Shown in pieces: positions 1 through 13,839 of a DNA stretch of 52,160 nt; position 1 is the stretch's first letter; every line of letters begins with the position of its first letter. The position numbers and the translations under genes are program-made. Origin of the DNA: Nemertoderma westbladi (taxonomy: Eukaryota; Animalia; Xenacoelomorpha); assembly GCA_032718475.1 (NCBI GenBank), contig JAUCBJ010008791.1:1-52160 (forward strand). The letters run 5' to 3'. The notes under the pieces were generated by a model. The model was given only the letters and a program-made list of their open reading frames with translations. It was not told the origin of the DNA and searched no databases.

Positions 1-317
1 CTCAAAAGTTATTGCCACTTTAGTGTCTGCGTGGCGTACTCCAAAACGGGACTCAATATCCAATATTGGTTTCTCTTGTTAAGCGGCTCTCTAGTTACGT
101 AATAAATATTCGAGAACACTAAATTATTTTAACATTGAGTAAAGCAGCATCCGGAGTTGAGGAGTACAGTAATTTGAATCGCAGTAACAATATGGAAGCA
201 GTATAGTTAATTAAATACGTACAGTTCAATTTATTTTGTAACACTATATCGTTCTATATTTTATTAAATAGTTGAGCAAAAGAGTACCAATTTATAGGAA
301 TAAATATAAGTACGTAT

Positions 318-453
318 TACATGGGAAAAAAACGTAGATCTATTTTTTCAATATTCTCGACGGCCCTTTATTTAGCCTGCGCCGACGCTCGGTTAATAAA
401 GGGCCTCGAGAGAATATTTGAGTTAATAAAGTTCTACTTTTTTTCCCATGTAA
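318..453. repeat. Long imperfect palindrome (non-autonomous element fragment)
   Basis: ATATTCTCGACGGCCCTTTATT pairs with AATAAAGGGCCTCGAGAGAATAT. The outer arms TACATGGGAAAAAAA / TTTTTTCCCATGTA also pair. Confidence 0.6.
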
Positions 454-1034
454 TTTATAATTATATTTACATAATGAAAATAAAGTATGATTTTTATTCT
501 TAAATTGTTACTTTTTCGCTTGAATGTACCCAAAAATCGGGAGGAAAGGGAGTACTTTTTTCCCTAGGGAAGAAAGTACTCCATAGGATGGGAAAAAAAA
601 TTCAGGTCCTGCAAAAAAAGTGACGAGTAGCTTCGAAATATACCATGTGCTTGAATATAGTGCCTTCATTCAGGTATTAAGTACGGATATATACATACTA
701 GTTTATAGGTGTTGCCCAGCAACTACATAAGATATAAATATTATTTTCCTTAACTCAATTATGTGTATTTATTAAATATAATATTCTAGAATATTCTAGA
801 GACATGGTTATAAGATGATAGTATTATTATCGTATTATTGATAATTATTTCCATAACAAATTAAATGACGGACTGGATAGTTCAAAATAAAGTAAACTGA
901 AGTTTTCTGTTAAGGTGAAACACAAAACACCGAGAACAACTCGAAGACTCCTTCTTCTTTATATGTAAAGCAGGTAGGGCGCCACACTAACTCCCAATGT
1001 TTGAGATGGCCCTTATTGGCATTGAGCAGGGGGG

Positions 1035-1450
1035 TTAGTAACAGTTCCGACCAAGATTTCTGAAATGGATTTCCAATGTAGAAGAGTCTATTGGTGCCGG
1101 TGAGGCTGAAGTTTCGTAATCTTTGAAGAACAACCAGGGTTTAATTTCAGATTGACTAATCCTCTTTATGAGACATACTTCGATATACATAGGTCGATTT
1201 TTTTTGTTTAAGTTTTTGTAAATCCTCCTTTGGTACCAGTAGCTCTCACTGTCCATGTCCGTTCTCATAAGATATCTAAGTGAGTTCTTTGCTGACGAGC
1301 AATCTTCGTCAAACCAAGGCTTAGAAAACCAAGCAAACCAAGGCGTAGATCCCAACCACCCTTGCCGATACTTTTGTTTTGAGTTGCTGATGCCGTTTGT
1401 AAGAATCATTAATAGCACTCGTGAACGCTTCAATTGTGGTTGTGGCATCC
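1035..1450 (-). pseudogene. Degenerate non-LTR retrotransposon ORF2 fragment (linker between APE and RT)
   Basis: KPWFDEDCSSAKN followed by a basic helix (YWYQRRIYKNLNKK) resembles the PWFDxxC motif of RTE-X/L2-like ORF2. No RT motifs are present. Confidence 0.45.
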
Positions 1451-2019
1451 TTGTTTGATATACGTTGAGAATAGTTCGGCGTTAAATACGTGACGGAACA
1501 GGTTTGGCTTCAATATCCTCTTAGGTTTAGGGTCTGGGAATAGGTTTAGGGACTAGGGACAGTCAACTTTTATTGGTCTCGCCGGTGAGTTTCACTATGC
1601 GGTTCTCACTTCGAACGTTGACCCTCCCATCCAGGTCCCGGTGCTGTATAACGCGTTGGATGGTGAATACAAAATACAAGCTGAATAAAATACAATTACT
1701 ATTGTTGTAATAAATTACGCGCCTATGCAGGGCAACCTAATAACGAAAAACGAAACATTGGTCAAAGAACAGACTGTACAATTATTGTGTATGTCAAAAA
1801 AACACTGTTTGTAGGAAATTGTACAAATCTCTACTCAATTGTACATTGTACAAAGTCTAAGCGAAATAAAGCGAAACTTTGCAGAAAGCATGTCCAATAG
1901 ATGCTCCACTCTGGGGTTGTCGACAGCTAATTTTCCATTGCAGTGAATTCTTTATTCATTTATATTGATATTTAATATTAATTATGATCAGTCAGTCTAG
2001 AATTCATTTCAATGTTGCT

Positions 2020-2184
2020 AGGCAACCAACAAGTCCCTCACAACCAAAACCTTACATACACAACTAGGACCGATAATGAACCTATCATCAAAGTTGTATC
2101 CAATTCCATCAACATTAAGTGCAAGAGTTGTGTGTACAAACAAACACACAAACAAAAACACACAAACACGTGTGAGAAATAAGG
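2020..2184 (-). mobile_element. Helentron-associated (HINE/DINE-1-like) non-autonomous element, 5' part
   Basis: The minus strand reads hairpin, CTTATT, a (GTTT/GT)n microsatellite, then AACTCTTG...GATGGAATTGGATACAACTTT. This is the same layout as the elements at 49860 and 50887. Confidence 0.45.
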
Positions 2185-5100
2185 ACATCCAACTTGGATC
2201 CGTCCAACATCCAACTTGGATCCGTCCAACATCCAACTTGGATCCGTCCAACATCCAACTTGGATCCGTCCAACATCCACCTTGGATCCGTCCAACATCC
2301 AACTTGGATCCGTCCAACATCCACCTTGGATCCGTCCAACATCCAACTTGGATCCGTCCAACATCCAACTTGGATCCGTCCAACATCCAACTTGGATCCG
2401 TCCAACATCCAACTTGGATCCGTCCAACATCCAACTTGGATCCGTCCAACATCCAACTTGGATCCGTCCAACATCCAACTTGGATCCGTCCAACATCCAA
2501 CTTGGTTCCGTCCAACATCCAACTTGGATCTGTCCAACACCCAACTTCGATCCGTCCAACATCCAACTTGGATCTGTCCAACAACCAACTGGGATCTGTC
2601 CAACATCCAACTTGGATCCGTCCAACATCCAACTTGGATCCGTCCAACATCCAACTTGGATCCGTCCAACATCCAACTTGTATCCGTCCAACATCCAACT
2701 TGGATCCGTCCAACATCCAACTTGGATCCGTCCAACATCCAACTTGGATCCGTCCAACATCCAACTTGGATCCGTCCAACATCCAACTTGGATCCGTCCA
2801 ACATCCAACTTGGATCCGTCCAACATCCAACTTGGATCCGTCCAACATCCAACTTGGATCCGTCCAACATCCACCTTGGATCCGTCCATCATCCAACTTG
2901 GATCCGTCCAACATCCAACTTGGATCCGTCCAACATCCAACTTGGATCCGTCCAACATCCAACCTGGATCCGTCCAACATCCAACTTGGATCCGTCCAAC
3001 ATCCAACTTGGATCCGTCCAACATCCAACTTGGATCCGTCCAACATCCAACTTGGATCCGTCCAACATCCAACTTGGATCCGTCCAACACCCAACTTCGA
3101 TCCGTCCAACATCCAACTTGGATCCGTCCAACATCCAACTTGGATCCATCCAACATCCAACTTGGATCCGTCCAACATCCACCTTGGATCCGTCCAACAT
3201 CCAACTTGGATCCGTCCAACATCCAACTTGGATCCGTCCAACATCCACATTGGATCCGTCCAACATCCAACTTGGATCCGTCCAACATCCACATTGGATC
3301 CGTCCAACATCCAACTTGGATCCGTCCAACATCCAACTTGGATCCGTCCAACATCCAACTTGGATCCGTCCAACATCCAACTTGGATCCGTCCAACATCC
3401 AACTTGGATCCGTCCAACATCCAACTTGGATCCGTCCAACATCCACATTGGATCCGTCCAACATCCAACTTGGATCCGTCCAACATCCAACTTGGATCCG
3501 CCCAACATCCAACTTGGATCCGTCCAACATCCACCTTGGATCCGTCCATCATCCAACTTGGATCCGTCCAACATCCAACTTGGATCCGTCCAACATCCAA
3601 CTTGGATCCGTCCAACATCCAACTTGGATCCGTCCAACATCCAACTTGGATCCGTCCAACATCCAACTTGGATCCGTCCAACATCCAACTTGGATCCGTC
3701 CAACATCCAACTTGGATCCGTCCAACATCCAACTTGGATCCGTCCAACATCCAACTTGGATCCGTCCAACATCCAACTTGGATCCGTCCAACATCCAACT
3801 TGGATCCGTCCAACATCCAACTTGGATCCGTCCAACATCCAACTTAGATCCGTCCAACATCTAACTTGGTTCCGTCCAACATCCAACTTGGATCCGTCCA
3901 ACATCCAACTTGGATCCGTCCAACATCCAACTTGGATCCGTCCAACATCCACCTTGGATCCGTCCAACATCCAACTTGGATCCGTCCAACATCCACCTTG
4001 GATCCGTCCAACATCCAACTTGGTTCCGTCCAACATCCAACTTGGATCCGTCCAACATCCACCTTGGATCCGTCCAACATCCACCTTGGATCCGTCCAAC
4101 ATCCAACTTGGTTCCGTCCAACATCCAACTTGGATCCGTCCAACATCCAACTTGGATCCGTCCAACATCCAACTTGGATCCGTCCAACATCCACCTTGGA
4201 TCCGTCCAACATCCAACTTGGATCCGTCCAACATCCACCTTGGATCCGTCCAACATCCAACTTGGATCCGTCCAACATCCAACTTGGATCCGTCCAACAT
4301 CCAACTTGGATCCGTCCAACATCCAACTTGGATCCGTCCAACATCCAACTTGGATCCGTCCAACATCCAACTTGGATCCGTCCAACATCCAACTTGGATC
4401 CGTCCAACATCCAACTTGGATCCGTCCAACATCCAACTTGGATCCGTCCAACATCCAACCTGGATCCGTCCAACATCCAACTTGGATCCGTCCAACATCC
4501 ACCTTGGATCCGTCCAACATCCAACTTGGATCCGTCCAACATCCACCTTGGATCCGTCCATCATCCAACTTAGATCCGTCCAACATCCAACTTGGTTCCG
4601 TCCAACATCCAACTTGGATCCGTCCAACATCCAACTTGGATCCGTCCAACATCCACCTTGGATCCGTCCAACATCCAACTTGGATCCGTCCAACATCCAA
4701 CTTGGATCCGTCCAACATCCACCTTGGATCCGTCCAACATCCACCTTGGATCCGTCCAACATCCAACTTGGATCCGTCCAACATCCAACTTGGATCCGTC
4801 CAACATCCACCTTGGATCCGTCCAACATCCAACTTGGATCCGTCCAACATCCAACTTGGATCCGTCCAACATCCAACTTGGATCCGTCCAACATCCAACT
4901 TGGATCCGTCCAACATCCAACTTGGATCCGTCCAACATCCAACTAGGATCCGTCCAACATCCAACTTGGATCCGTCCAACATCCAACTTGGATCCGTCCA
5001 ACATCCAACCTGGATCCGTCCAACATCCAACTTGGATCCGTCCAACATCCACCTTGGATCCGTCCAACATCCAACTTAGATCCGTCCAACATCCAACTTG

Positions 5101-8100
5101 GTTCCGTCCAACATCCAACTTGGATCCGTCCAACATCCAACTTGGATCCGTCCAACATCCAACTTGGATCCGTCCAACATCCAACTTGGATCCGTCCAAC
5201 ATCCACCTTGGATCCGTCCATCATCCAACTTAGATCCGTCCAACATCCAACTTGGTTCCGTCCAACATCCAACTTGGATCCGTCCAACATCCAACTTGGA
5301 TCCGTCCAACATCCACCTTGGATCCGTCCAACATCCAACTTGGATCCGTCCAACATCCAACTTGGATCCGTCCAACATCCACCTTGGATCCGTCCAATAT
5401 CCAACTTGGATCCGTCCAACATCCAACTTGGATCCGTCCAACATCCAACTTGGATCCGTCCAACATCCAACTTAGATCCGTCCAACATCCACCTTGGATC
5501 CGTCCAACATCCAACTTGGATCCGTCCAACATCCACCTTGGATCCGTCCATCTTCCAACTTAGATCCGTCCAACATCCAACTTGGTTCCGTCCAACATCC
5601 AACTTGGATCCGTCCAACATCCACCTTGGATCCGTCCAACATCCAACTTGGATCCGTCCAACATCCAACTTGGATCCGTCCAACATCCAACTTGGATCCG
5701 TCCAACATCCAACTTGGATCCGTCCAACATCCACCTTGGATCCGTCCAACATCCAACTTGGATCCGTCCAACATCCACATTGGATCCGTTGAACATCCAA
5801 CTTGGATCCGTCCAACATCCAACTTGGATCCGTCCAACATCCAACTTGGATCCGTCCAACATCCAACTTGGATCCGTCCAACATCCAACTTGGATCCGTC
5901 CAACATCCAACTTGGTTCCGTCCAACATCCAACTTGGATCTGTCCAACACCCAACTTCGATCCGTCCAACATCCAACTTGGATCTGTCCAACAACCAACT
6001 GGGATCTGTCCAACATCCAACTTGGATCCGTCCAACATCCAACTTGGATCCGTCCAACATCCAACTTGGATCCGTCCAACATCCAACTTGTATCCGTCCA
6101 ACATCCAACTTGGATCCGTCCAACATCCAACTTGGATCCGTCCAACATCCAACTTGGATCCGTCCAACATCCAACTTGGATCCGTCCAACATCCAACTTG
6201 GATCCGTCCAACATCCAACTTGGATCCGTCCAACATCCAACTTGGATCCGTCCAACATCCAACTTGGATCCGTCCAACATCCAACTTGGATCCGTCCAAC
6301 ATCCAACTTGGATCCGTCCAACATCCAACTTGGATCCGTCCAACATCCAACTTGGATCCGTCCAACACCCAACTTCGATCCGTCCAACATCCAACTTGGA
6401 TCCGTCCAACATCCAACTTGGATCCATCCAACATCCAACTTGGATCCGTCCAACATCCACCTTGGATCCGTCCAACATCCAACTTGGATCCGTCCAACAT
6501 CCAACTTGGATCCGTCCAACATCCACATTGGATCCGTCCAACATCCAACTTGGATCCGTCCAACATCCACATTGGATCCGTCCAACATCCAACTTGGATC
6601 CGTCCAACATCCAACTTGGATCCGTCCAACATCCAACTTGGATCCGTCCAACATCCAACTTGGAACCGTCCAACATCCAACTTGGATCCGTCCAACATCC
6701 AACTTGGATCCGTCCAACATCCACATTGGATCCGTCCAACATCCAACTTGGATCCGTCCAACATCCAACTTGGATCCGCCCAACATCCAACTTGGATCCG
6801 TCCAACATCCACCTTGGATCCGTCCATCATCCAACTTGGACCCGTCCAACATCCAACTTGGATCCGTCCAACATCCAACTTGGATCCGTCCAACATCCAA
6901 CTTGGATCCGTCCAACATCCAACTTGGATCCGTCCAACATCCAACTTGGATCCGTCCATCATCCAACTTGGATCCGTCCAACATCCAACTTGGATCCGTC
7001 CAACATCCAACTTGGATCCGTCCAACATCCAACTTGGATCCGTCCAACATCCAACTTGGATCCGTCCAACATCCAACTTGGATCCGTCCAACATCCACCT
7101 TGGATCCGTCCAACATCCAACTTGGATCCGTCCAACATCCAACTTGGATCCGTCCAACATCCAACTTAGATCCGTCCAACATCTAACTTGGTTCCGTCCA
7201 ACATCCAACTTGGATCCGTCCAACATCCAACTTGGATCCGTCCAACATCCAACTTGGATCCGTCCAACATCCACCTTGGATCCGTCCAACATCCAACTTG
7301 GATCCGTCCAACATCCACCTTGGATCCGTCCAACATCCAACTTGGTTCCGTCCAACATCCAACTTGGATCCGTCCAACATCCACCTTGGATCCGTCCAAC
7401 ATCCAACTTGGATCCGTCCAACATCCAACTTGGTTCCGTCCAACATCCAACTTGGATCCGTCCAACATCCAACTTGGATCCGTCCAACATCCAACTTGGA
7501 TCCGTCCAACATCCACCTTGGATCCGTCCAACATCCAACTTGGATCCGTCCAACATCCACCTTGGATCCGTCCAACATCCAACTTGGATCCGTCCAACAT
7601 CCAACTTGGATCCGTCCAACATCCAACTTGGATCCGTCCAACATCCAACTTGGATCCGTCCAACATCCAACTTGGATCCGTCCAACATCCAACTTGGATC
7701 CGTCCAACATCCAACTTGGATCCGTCCAACATCCAACTTGGATCCGTCCAACATCCAACTTGGATCCGTCCAACATCCAACCTGGATCCGTCCAACATCC
7801 AACTTGGATCCGTCCAACATCCACCTTGGATCCGTCCAACATCCAACTTAGATCCGTCCAACATCCAACTTGGATCCGTCCAACATCCAACTTGGATCCG
7901 TCCAACATCCACCTTGGATCCGTCCATCATCCAACTTAGATCCGTCCAACATCCAACTTGGTTCCGTCCAACATCCAACTTGGATCCGTCCAACATCCAC
8001 CTTGGATCCGTCCAACATCCACCTTGGATCCGTCCAACATCCAACTTGGATCCGTCCAACATCCAACTTGGATCCGTCCAACATCCACCTTGGATCCGTC

Positions 8101-9838
8101 CAACATCCAACTTGGATCCGTCCAACATCCAACTTGGATCCGTCCAACATCCAACTTGGATCCGTCCAACATCCACCTTGGATCCGTCCAACATCCAACT
8201 TGGATCCGTCCAACATCCAACTTGGATCCGTCCAACATCCAACTTGGATCCGTCCAACATCCAACTTGGATCCGTCCAACATCCAACTTGGATCCGTCCA
8301 ACATCCAACTTGGATCCGTCCAACATCCAACTTGGATCCGTCCAACATCCAACTTGGATCCGTCCAACATCCAACCTGGATCCGTCCAACATCCAACTTG
8401 GATCCGTCCAACATCCACCTTGGATCCGTCCAACATCCAACTTAGATCCGTCCAACATCCAACTTGGATCCGTCCAACATCCAACTTGGATCCGTCCAAC
8501 ATCCAACTTGGATCCGTCCAACATCCAACTTGGATCCGTCCAACATCCAACTTGGATCCGTCCAACATCCACCTTGGATCCGTCCATCATCCAACTTAGA
8601 TCCGTCCAACATCCAACTTGGTTCCGTCCAACATCCAACTTGGATCCGTCCAACATCCAACTTGGATCCGTCCAACATCCACCTTGGATCCGTCCAACAT
8701 CCAACTTGGATCCGTCCAACATCCAACTTGGATCCGTCCAACATCCACCTTGGATCCGTCCAACATCCAACTTGGATCCGTCCAACATCCAACTTGGATC
8801 CGTCCAACATCCAACTTAGATCCGTCCAACATCCACCTTGGATCCGTCCAACATCCAACTTGGATCCGTCCAACATCCACCTTGGATCCGTCCATCTTCC
8901 AACTTAGATCCGTCCAACATCCAACTTGGATCCGTCCAACATCCACCTTGGATCCGTCCAACATCCACCTTGGATCCGTCCAACATCCAAGTTGGATCCG
9001 TCCAACATCCAACTTGGATCCGTCCAACATCCAACTTGGATCCGTCCAACATCCAACTTGGATCCGTCCAACATCCACCTTGGATCCGTCCAACATCCAA
9101 CTTGGATCCGTCCAACATCCACCTTGGATCCGTCCAACATCCAACTTGGATCCGTCCAACATCCAACTTGGATCCGTCCAACATCCAACTTGGATCCGTC
9201 CAACATCCAACTTGGATCCGTCCAACATCCAACTTGGATCCGTCCAACATCCAACTTGGTTCCGTCCAACATCCAACTTGGATCTGTCCAACACCCAACT
9301 TCGATCCGTCCAACATCCAACTTGGATCTGTCCAACAACCAACTGGGATCTGTCCAACATCCAACTTGGATCCGTCCAACATCCAACTTGGATCCGTCCA
9401 ACATCCAACTTGGATCCGTCCAACATCCAACTTGTATCCGTCCAACATCCAACTTGGATCCGTCCAACATCCAACTTGGATCCGTCCAACATCCAACTTG
9501 GATCCGTCCAACATCCAACTTGGATCCGTCCAACATCCAACTTGGATCCGTCCAACATCCAACTTGGATCCGTCCAACATCCAACTTGGATCCGTCCAAC
9601 ATCCAACTTGGATCCGTCCAACATCCAACTTGGATCCGTCCAACATCCAACTTGGATCCGTCCAACATCCAACTTGGATCCGTCCAACATCCAACTTGGA
9701 TCCGTCCAACATCCAACTTGAATCCGTCCAACATCCACCTTGGATCCGTCCAACATCCAACTTGGAACCGTCCAACATCCAACTTGGATCCGTCCAACAT
9801 CCAACTTGGATCCGTCCATCATCCAACTTGCATCCGTC
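2185..9838. repeat. 22-bp satellite (ACATCCAACTTGGATCCGTCCA)n, about 348 units, with ~3.4-kb higher-order structure
   Basis: Directly visible. Each unit has a BamHI site and the palindrome ATCCAA-C-TTGGAT. Diagnostic variant blocks recur at 2531/5941/9285. Confidence 0.99.
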
Positions 9839-10929
9839 TAATATTCCCACTTATGTACAAGAGGCACATGATAAAGAATAAACGAAAATAAACGCAAGTA
9901 CGAAAGAAACCGGGACCATCAAACCGGGGAAACCGGGACACCGTGGGCGCAGTTTCTAAGTGGTTAAGAAGACAAATTGTCCCTGGTCCGACCAGCTTGG
10001 CAGCTTGTCCGACCAATTTGTCCGTTGTCCGACATTGGTACTGAACTCAATCAATGTATGGTCCAGAAAGTGTTGTAGCTAAATTCGTGTTCTAGTCTGT
10101 AACAGCAACAGCACACGTCTACGGTAGGTGAAATTAGTTTCACAAAAGTTTAATCAATTCTAGGGAGTTTATTTTCGCAAGTTCGCATTTTCACACGTCC
10201 CGCCCCTGGCTAAGAAATTTTAGACGTTAGCGTTTCGCCAATTCAGCAGTACAAATGATATTGAAACTGCCTTCTGCCAAGGGAGTAAATAAATGGCTCG
10301 ATAGTTACGAAGTGTTTACTGTTTACCTTTGGGATTAGTAAGGAACCTTCTCTGCTTTACTCGCACCAGCCAAAAGAATGAACGGGGTGCCTCTGGTGCT
10401 GGTGTTTCGTGTACATGTATAACTTTACTTTTACTTTAGGGAGTGAATACTCTACTTTAGACAGCCGTAGAGTCTACATAGGAAAGAAAGTGATCTGCGT
10501 TTACTATCCACGGATTGGTTAATAATTAATTATATTCCAGAAGGCATGTACAGTCAAATTCTACCTCTAGAGGCAGTTAGGGAATACTTTAAGTTGTATA
10601 TTATTTATTTATTAATCGCGTTTTATATATAAATAATAGGAAACTTTCGTTTCATCCTAGAAAATAATTGATAATATAAGATGTGCACAGGCCTGTTGGA
10701 GAGTGTATACGTACTGTATACTATACGTGTTCGTTAGTATCCCTATCATTAATTACTCTTCTTCATGTATTTAGTAGTTGAATTAATTTTGTGGTTGTAC
10801 TATATATACATACAGTAAATATATACACATTTTTTTGTAATTGTGATTAAATACACATACAGCGTAATTAAATTTAATAGTAATTTCGCACATAGAAATA
10901 TGATATAATATAGGTATACATAATATAGG

Positions 10930-11480
10930 CTTCCCGATTCTCCAGTTGTCGAAATTTCGTTTCTCCCAAGTTCAGTATCCCTTTCAAGTTGATCTATATA
11001 TGTTATGACCGGTCGTCCACGACTACGCTTTCCATGAGTTGGTTGCCAGAGAAGTAGATCTGGTATGACCTCGTCTTTACTTCGCCAGCAGTGCCCACTG
11101 AATCTTAATCTGCGTTCACGGAGGGTGGTTGATACACGTGGTATTGTTCCATAAAGCTCGGCGTTTGTCATGTGTTGTCTCCAGCTGATGTTTAGGGCTG
11201 CCCTTAGTATTCTTGTATAGCAACTAGCAACCATCAATTCGTTGTTCAAGTGATTTAGTCAGTGTCCAGGTCTCACCCCCGTATAAAAATACACTTTCCA
11301 CTGTGGCTCGCAAGAACTTAGTCTTCAGGTGCCTGGAGAGATCTGATTTCCAGATGGTATCCATTTTTGATAGAGCTACCCAAGCCTTTGCTTTCCTAAC
11401 TTCTATGTCCTTTTTACTACTCTCAATCCATGATCCAAGGTAATGGAAGTCGTCGACCTTCCTTAGTTGATTATTATCAA
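10930..11480 (-). mobile_element. RTE-clade LINE, 3' ORF fragment (frameshifted)
   Basis: Motifs VDDFHYLGSWI, ATVESVFLYGGETWTLT, RERRLRFSGHCWR and RSRGRP. The frameshift coincides with a 7-bp TAGCAAC duplication near 11218-11231. Confidence 0.9.
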
Positions 11481-12099
11481 TTAAAGACACATACATATCT
11501 CATTTATCATCTTAATTAATTAGGCGTAATATAAATGAATATATATAATTATATACTAGATGGAAATCAAATGAACTAAAATAAATATTTGTTCATGAAG
11601 ATTTTACTTTAATAATTAAATTTAGTTATTAATGGCCGATGATAGCAATGTATTACGAAGAAGGCTAACAGCCGCGAAGAACATAGATACTGGTGCGGAA
11701 GGTAAAACGGAAAACACCAGCGAACAAAAAGAGAAATATGAGCCGGCGACGCAAAACCGAGGCGAAAGTGAATCGATAGATGAACCTAGAACTGGGCCAC
11801 AGCCCGATAGGAAGAACTCACGTAGCAAAGACTCTGACGATATATTCGTAGCGGTACAGAACTGGACACATTGATTGGTCATGGCCCCTTAGCGATGCTG
11901 TTCTGGGTGTCTGGAACTCGGTTGTGTCCCCTTCGCGGGGACTAGTTGGTCTCGAACTCGAATTCCACTTTGTACCCAATTAAATATTAATCGGTGGTGC
12001 TTAGATAAAGATCTAATTTTAGAACTGTAATGACATTACTGTTAGAACAGTTAGTACTGTATCTGCAATACAGCGCGGGAAAAATGTTAAGTTGTATGG

Positions 12100-13445
12100 A
12101 CGTTTGATAAAGTGTTAGCGGTGTGCTAGCGGTCTATAAAGTTGTTTGAGCGGTCTATAAAGTTGTGTGAGCGGTTTATACAGTTGTGTGAACGGTCTAT
12201 ATGCCGTTATGAGCCGTTTATCAAGTTGTGTTGGCGGTCTATAAAGTTGTATGGGCGGTCTATAAAGTTATGTAAGTAGGAGGTCCAGAAAGTTGTGTGA
12301 GCGGTGGTTTATAAAGTTGTATGAGCGGTTTATTAAGATGTGTGAGCGGTCTATAAAGTTATGTGAGCGGTCAACAAAGTTGTGTGAGCGGTCGTTAAGC
12401 CGGTATGAGCAGTTTATCAAGTTGTGTTAGCGATCTATAAAGTTATGTAAGTAAGAGGTCTAGAAAGTTGTGTGAGCGCTCTATAAAGTTGTGTGAGCTG
12501 TCTATAAAGTTTGGTGAGCGGTCTATAAAGTTGTGTGAGCTGTCTATAAAGTTGTGTGAACGATCTATAAAGTTGTGTGAGCTGTCTATAAAGTTATGTG
12601 AGCGGTCTATAAAGTTGTGTAAGCTGTCTATAAAGTTGTGTCAGCTGTCTATAAAGTTGTGTAAGCTGTCTATAAAGTTATGTGAGTGGTCTATAAAGTT
12701 GTGCGAGGGGTCTATAAAGTTGGGTGAACGACCTATGAAGTTGTGTGAGTGGTCTATAAAGTTGTGTGAGCGGTCTATAAAGTTATGTGAGCGGTCTATA
12801 AAGTTATGTGAGCAGACTATAAAGTTATGTGAGCGGTCTATAAAGTTGTGTCAGCTGTCTATAAAGTTGTGTGAGCTGTCTATAAAGTTGTGTAAGCTGT
12901 CTATAAAGTTGTGTCAGCTGTCTATAAAGTTGTGTAAGCTGTCTATAAAGTTATGTGAGTGGTCTATACAGTTGTGCGAGGGGTCTATAAAGTTGGGTGA
13001 ACGACCTATGAAGTTGTGTGAGTGGTCTATAAAGTTGTGTCAGCTGTCTATAAAGTTATGTGAGCGGTCTATAAAGTTGTGTCAGCTGTCTATAAAGTTG
13101 TGTGAGCGGTCTATAAAGTTGTGTCAGCTGTCTATAAAGTTGTGTGAGCGGTCTATAAAGTTGTGTGAGCGGTCTATAAAGTTGTGTGAACGATCTATAA
13201 AGTTGTGTGAGCTGTCTATAAAGTTGTGTCAGCTGTCTATAAAGTTGTGTAAGCTGTCTATAAAGTTATGTGAGCGGTCTATAAAGTTATGTGAGCGGTC
13301 TATAAAGTTGTGTCAGCTGTATATAAAGTTGTGTCAGCTGTCTATAAAGTTGTGTGAGCGGTCTATAAAGTTGTGTGAACGATCTATAAAGTTGGGTGAA
13401 CGACCTATGAAGTTGTGTGAGTGGTCTATAAAGTTGTGTGAACAT
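12100..13445. repeat. 21-bp minisatellite (CTATAAAGTTGTGTGAGCGGT)n in the OPA1 intron
   Basis: Directly visible. It is more degenerate at the left end. Confidence 0.97.
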
Positions 13446-13554
13446 GAACAATCTATATGATTATATTAGGTGGACAAAAAGAAAATAATAATTACATAAT
13501 TATTTTTAGTGGGAAATAAATTTGTAACAATTCGTAACATAAGAGATAACTAAC

Positions 13555-13839
13555 CTGTTGTTCCACTGATTCCTTCACCATCTTCCAGAAGCAATCTGAG
13601 ACGGCGTAGCTGAGATTCCGAGTCGTCAGTTGTGTCGGGTTGATGACGCCCCGTCGGAAGAGTTCCGAGCTCCGGAAGAAATCCTCCTCGTACTGCCGGA
13701 TGGTGTCCACACTGTCCTCCGAGTTTCCGCGACCAGTTACTACGGCGAAGTAACCGAGAGCGTGCATCGGGAAGAGTTTACCCTCGAGGATCTGTTGCAC
13801 TCGTTTGGGACTCGCGAGATTTTGTTCCGCGAGATCAAC
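13555..13839 (-). CDS. OPA1: OPA1 dynamin-like mitochondrial GTPase, coding exon 2
   Basis: Encodes [36 protein letters not shown]...[15 protein letters not shown]. Acceptor ctaAG at 13841-13840, donor GTTAGT at 13554, 285 nt, phase 0/0. Later exons were not found in the window. Confidence 0.93.

Noticed and set aside
2185-9838. CRISPR-like array of palindromic repeats
   Set aside because: No unique spacers and no cas genes; eukaryotic context.
2018-9891. Many long ORFs in all six frames
   Set aside because: Artefact of a stop-free 22-bp unit. Every frame on a strand gives the same 22-aa repeat.
12468-13460. 330-aa SIKLCER heptad ORF
   Set aside because: Translation of a 21-bp minisatellite with a TTG start, antisense within the OPA1 intron.
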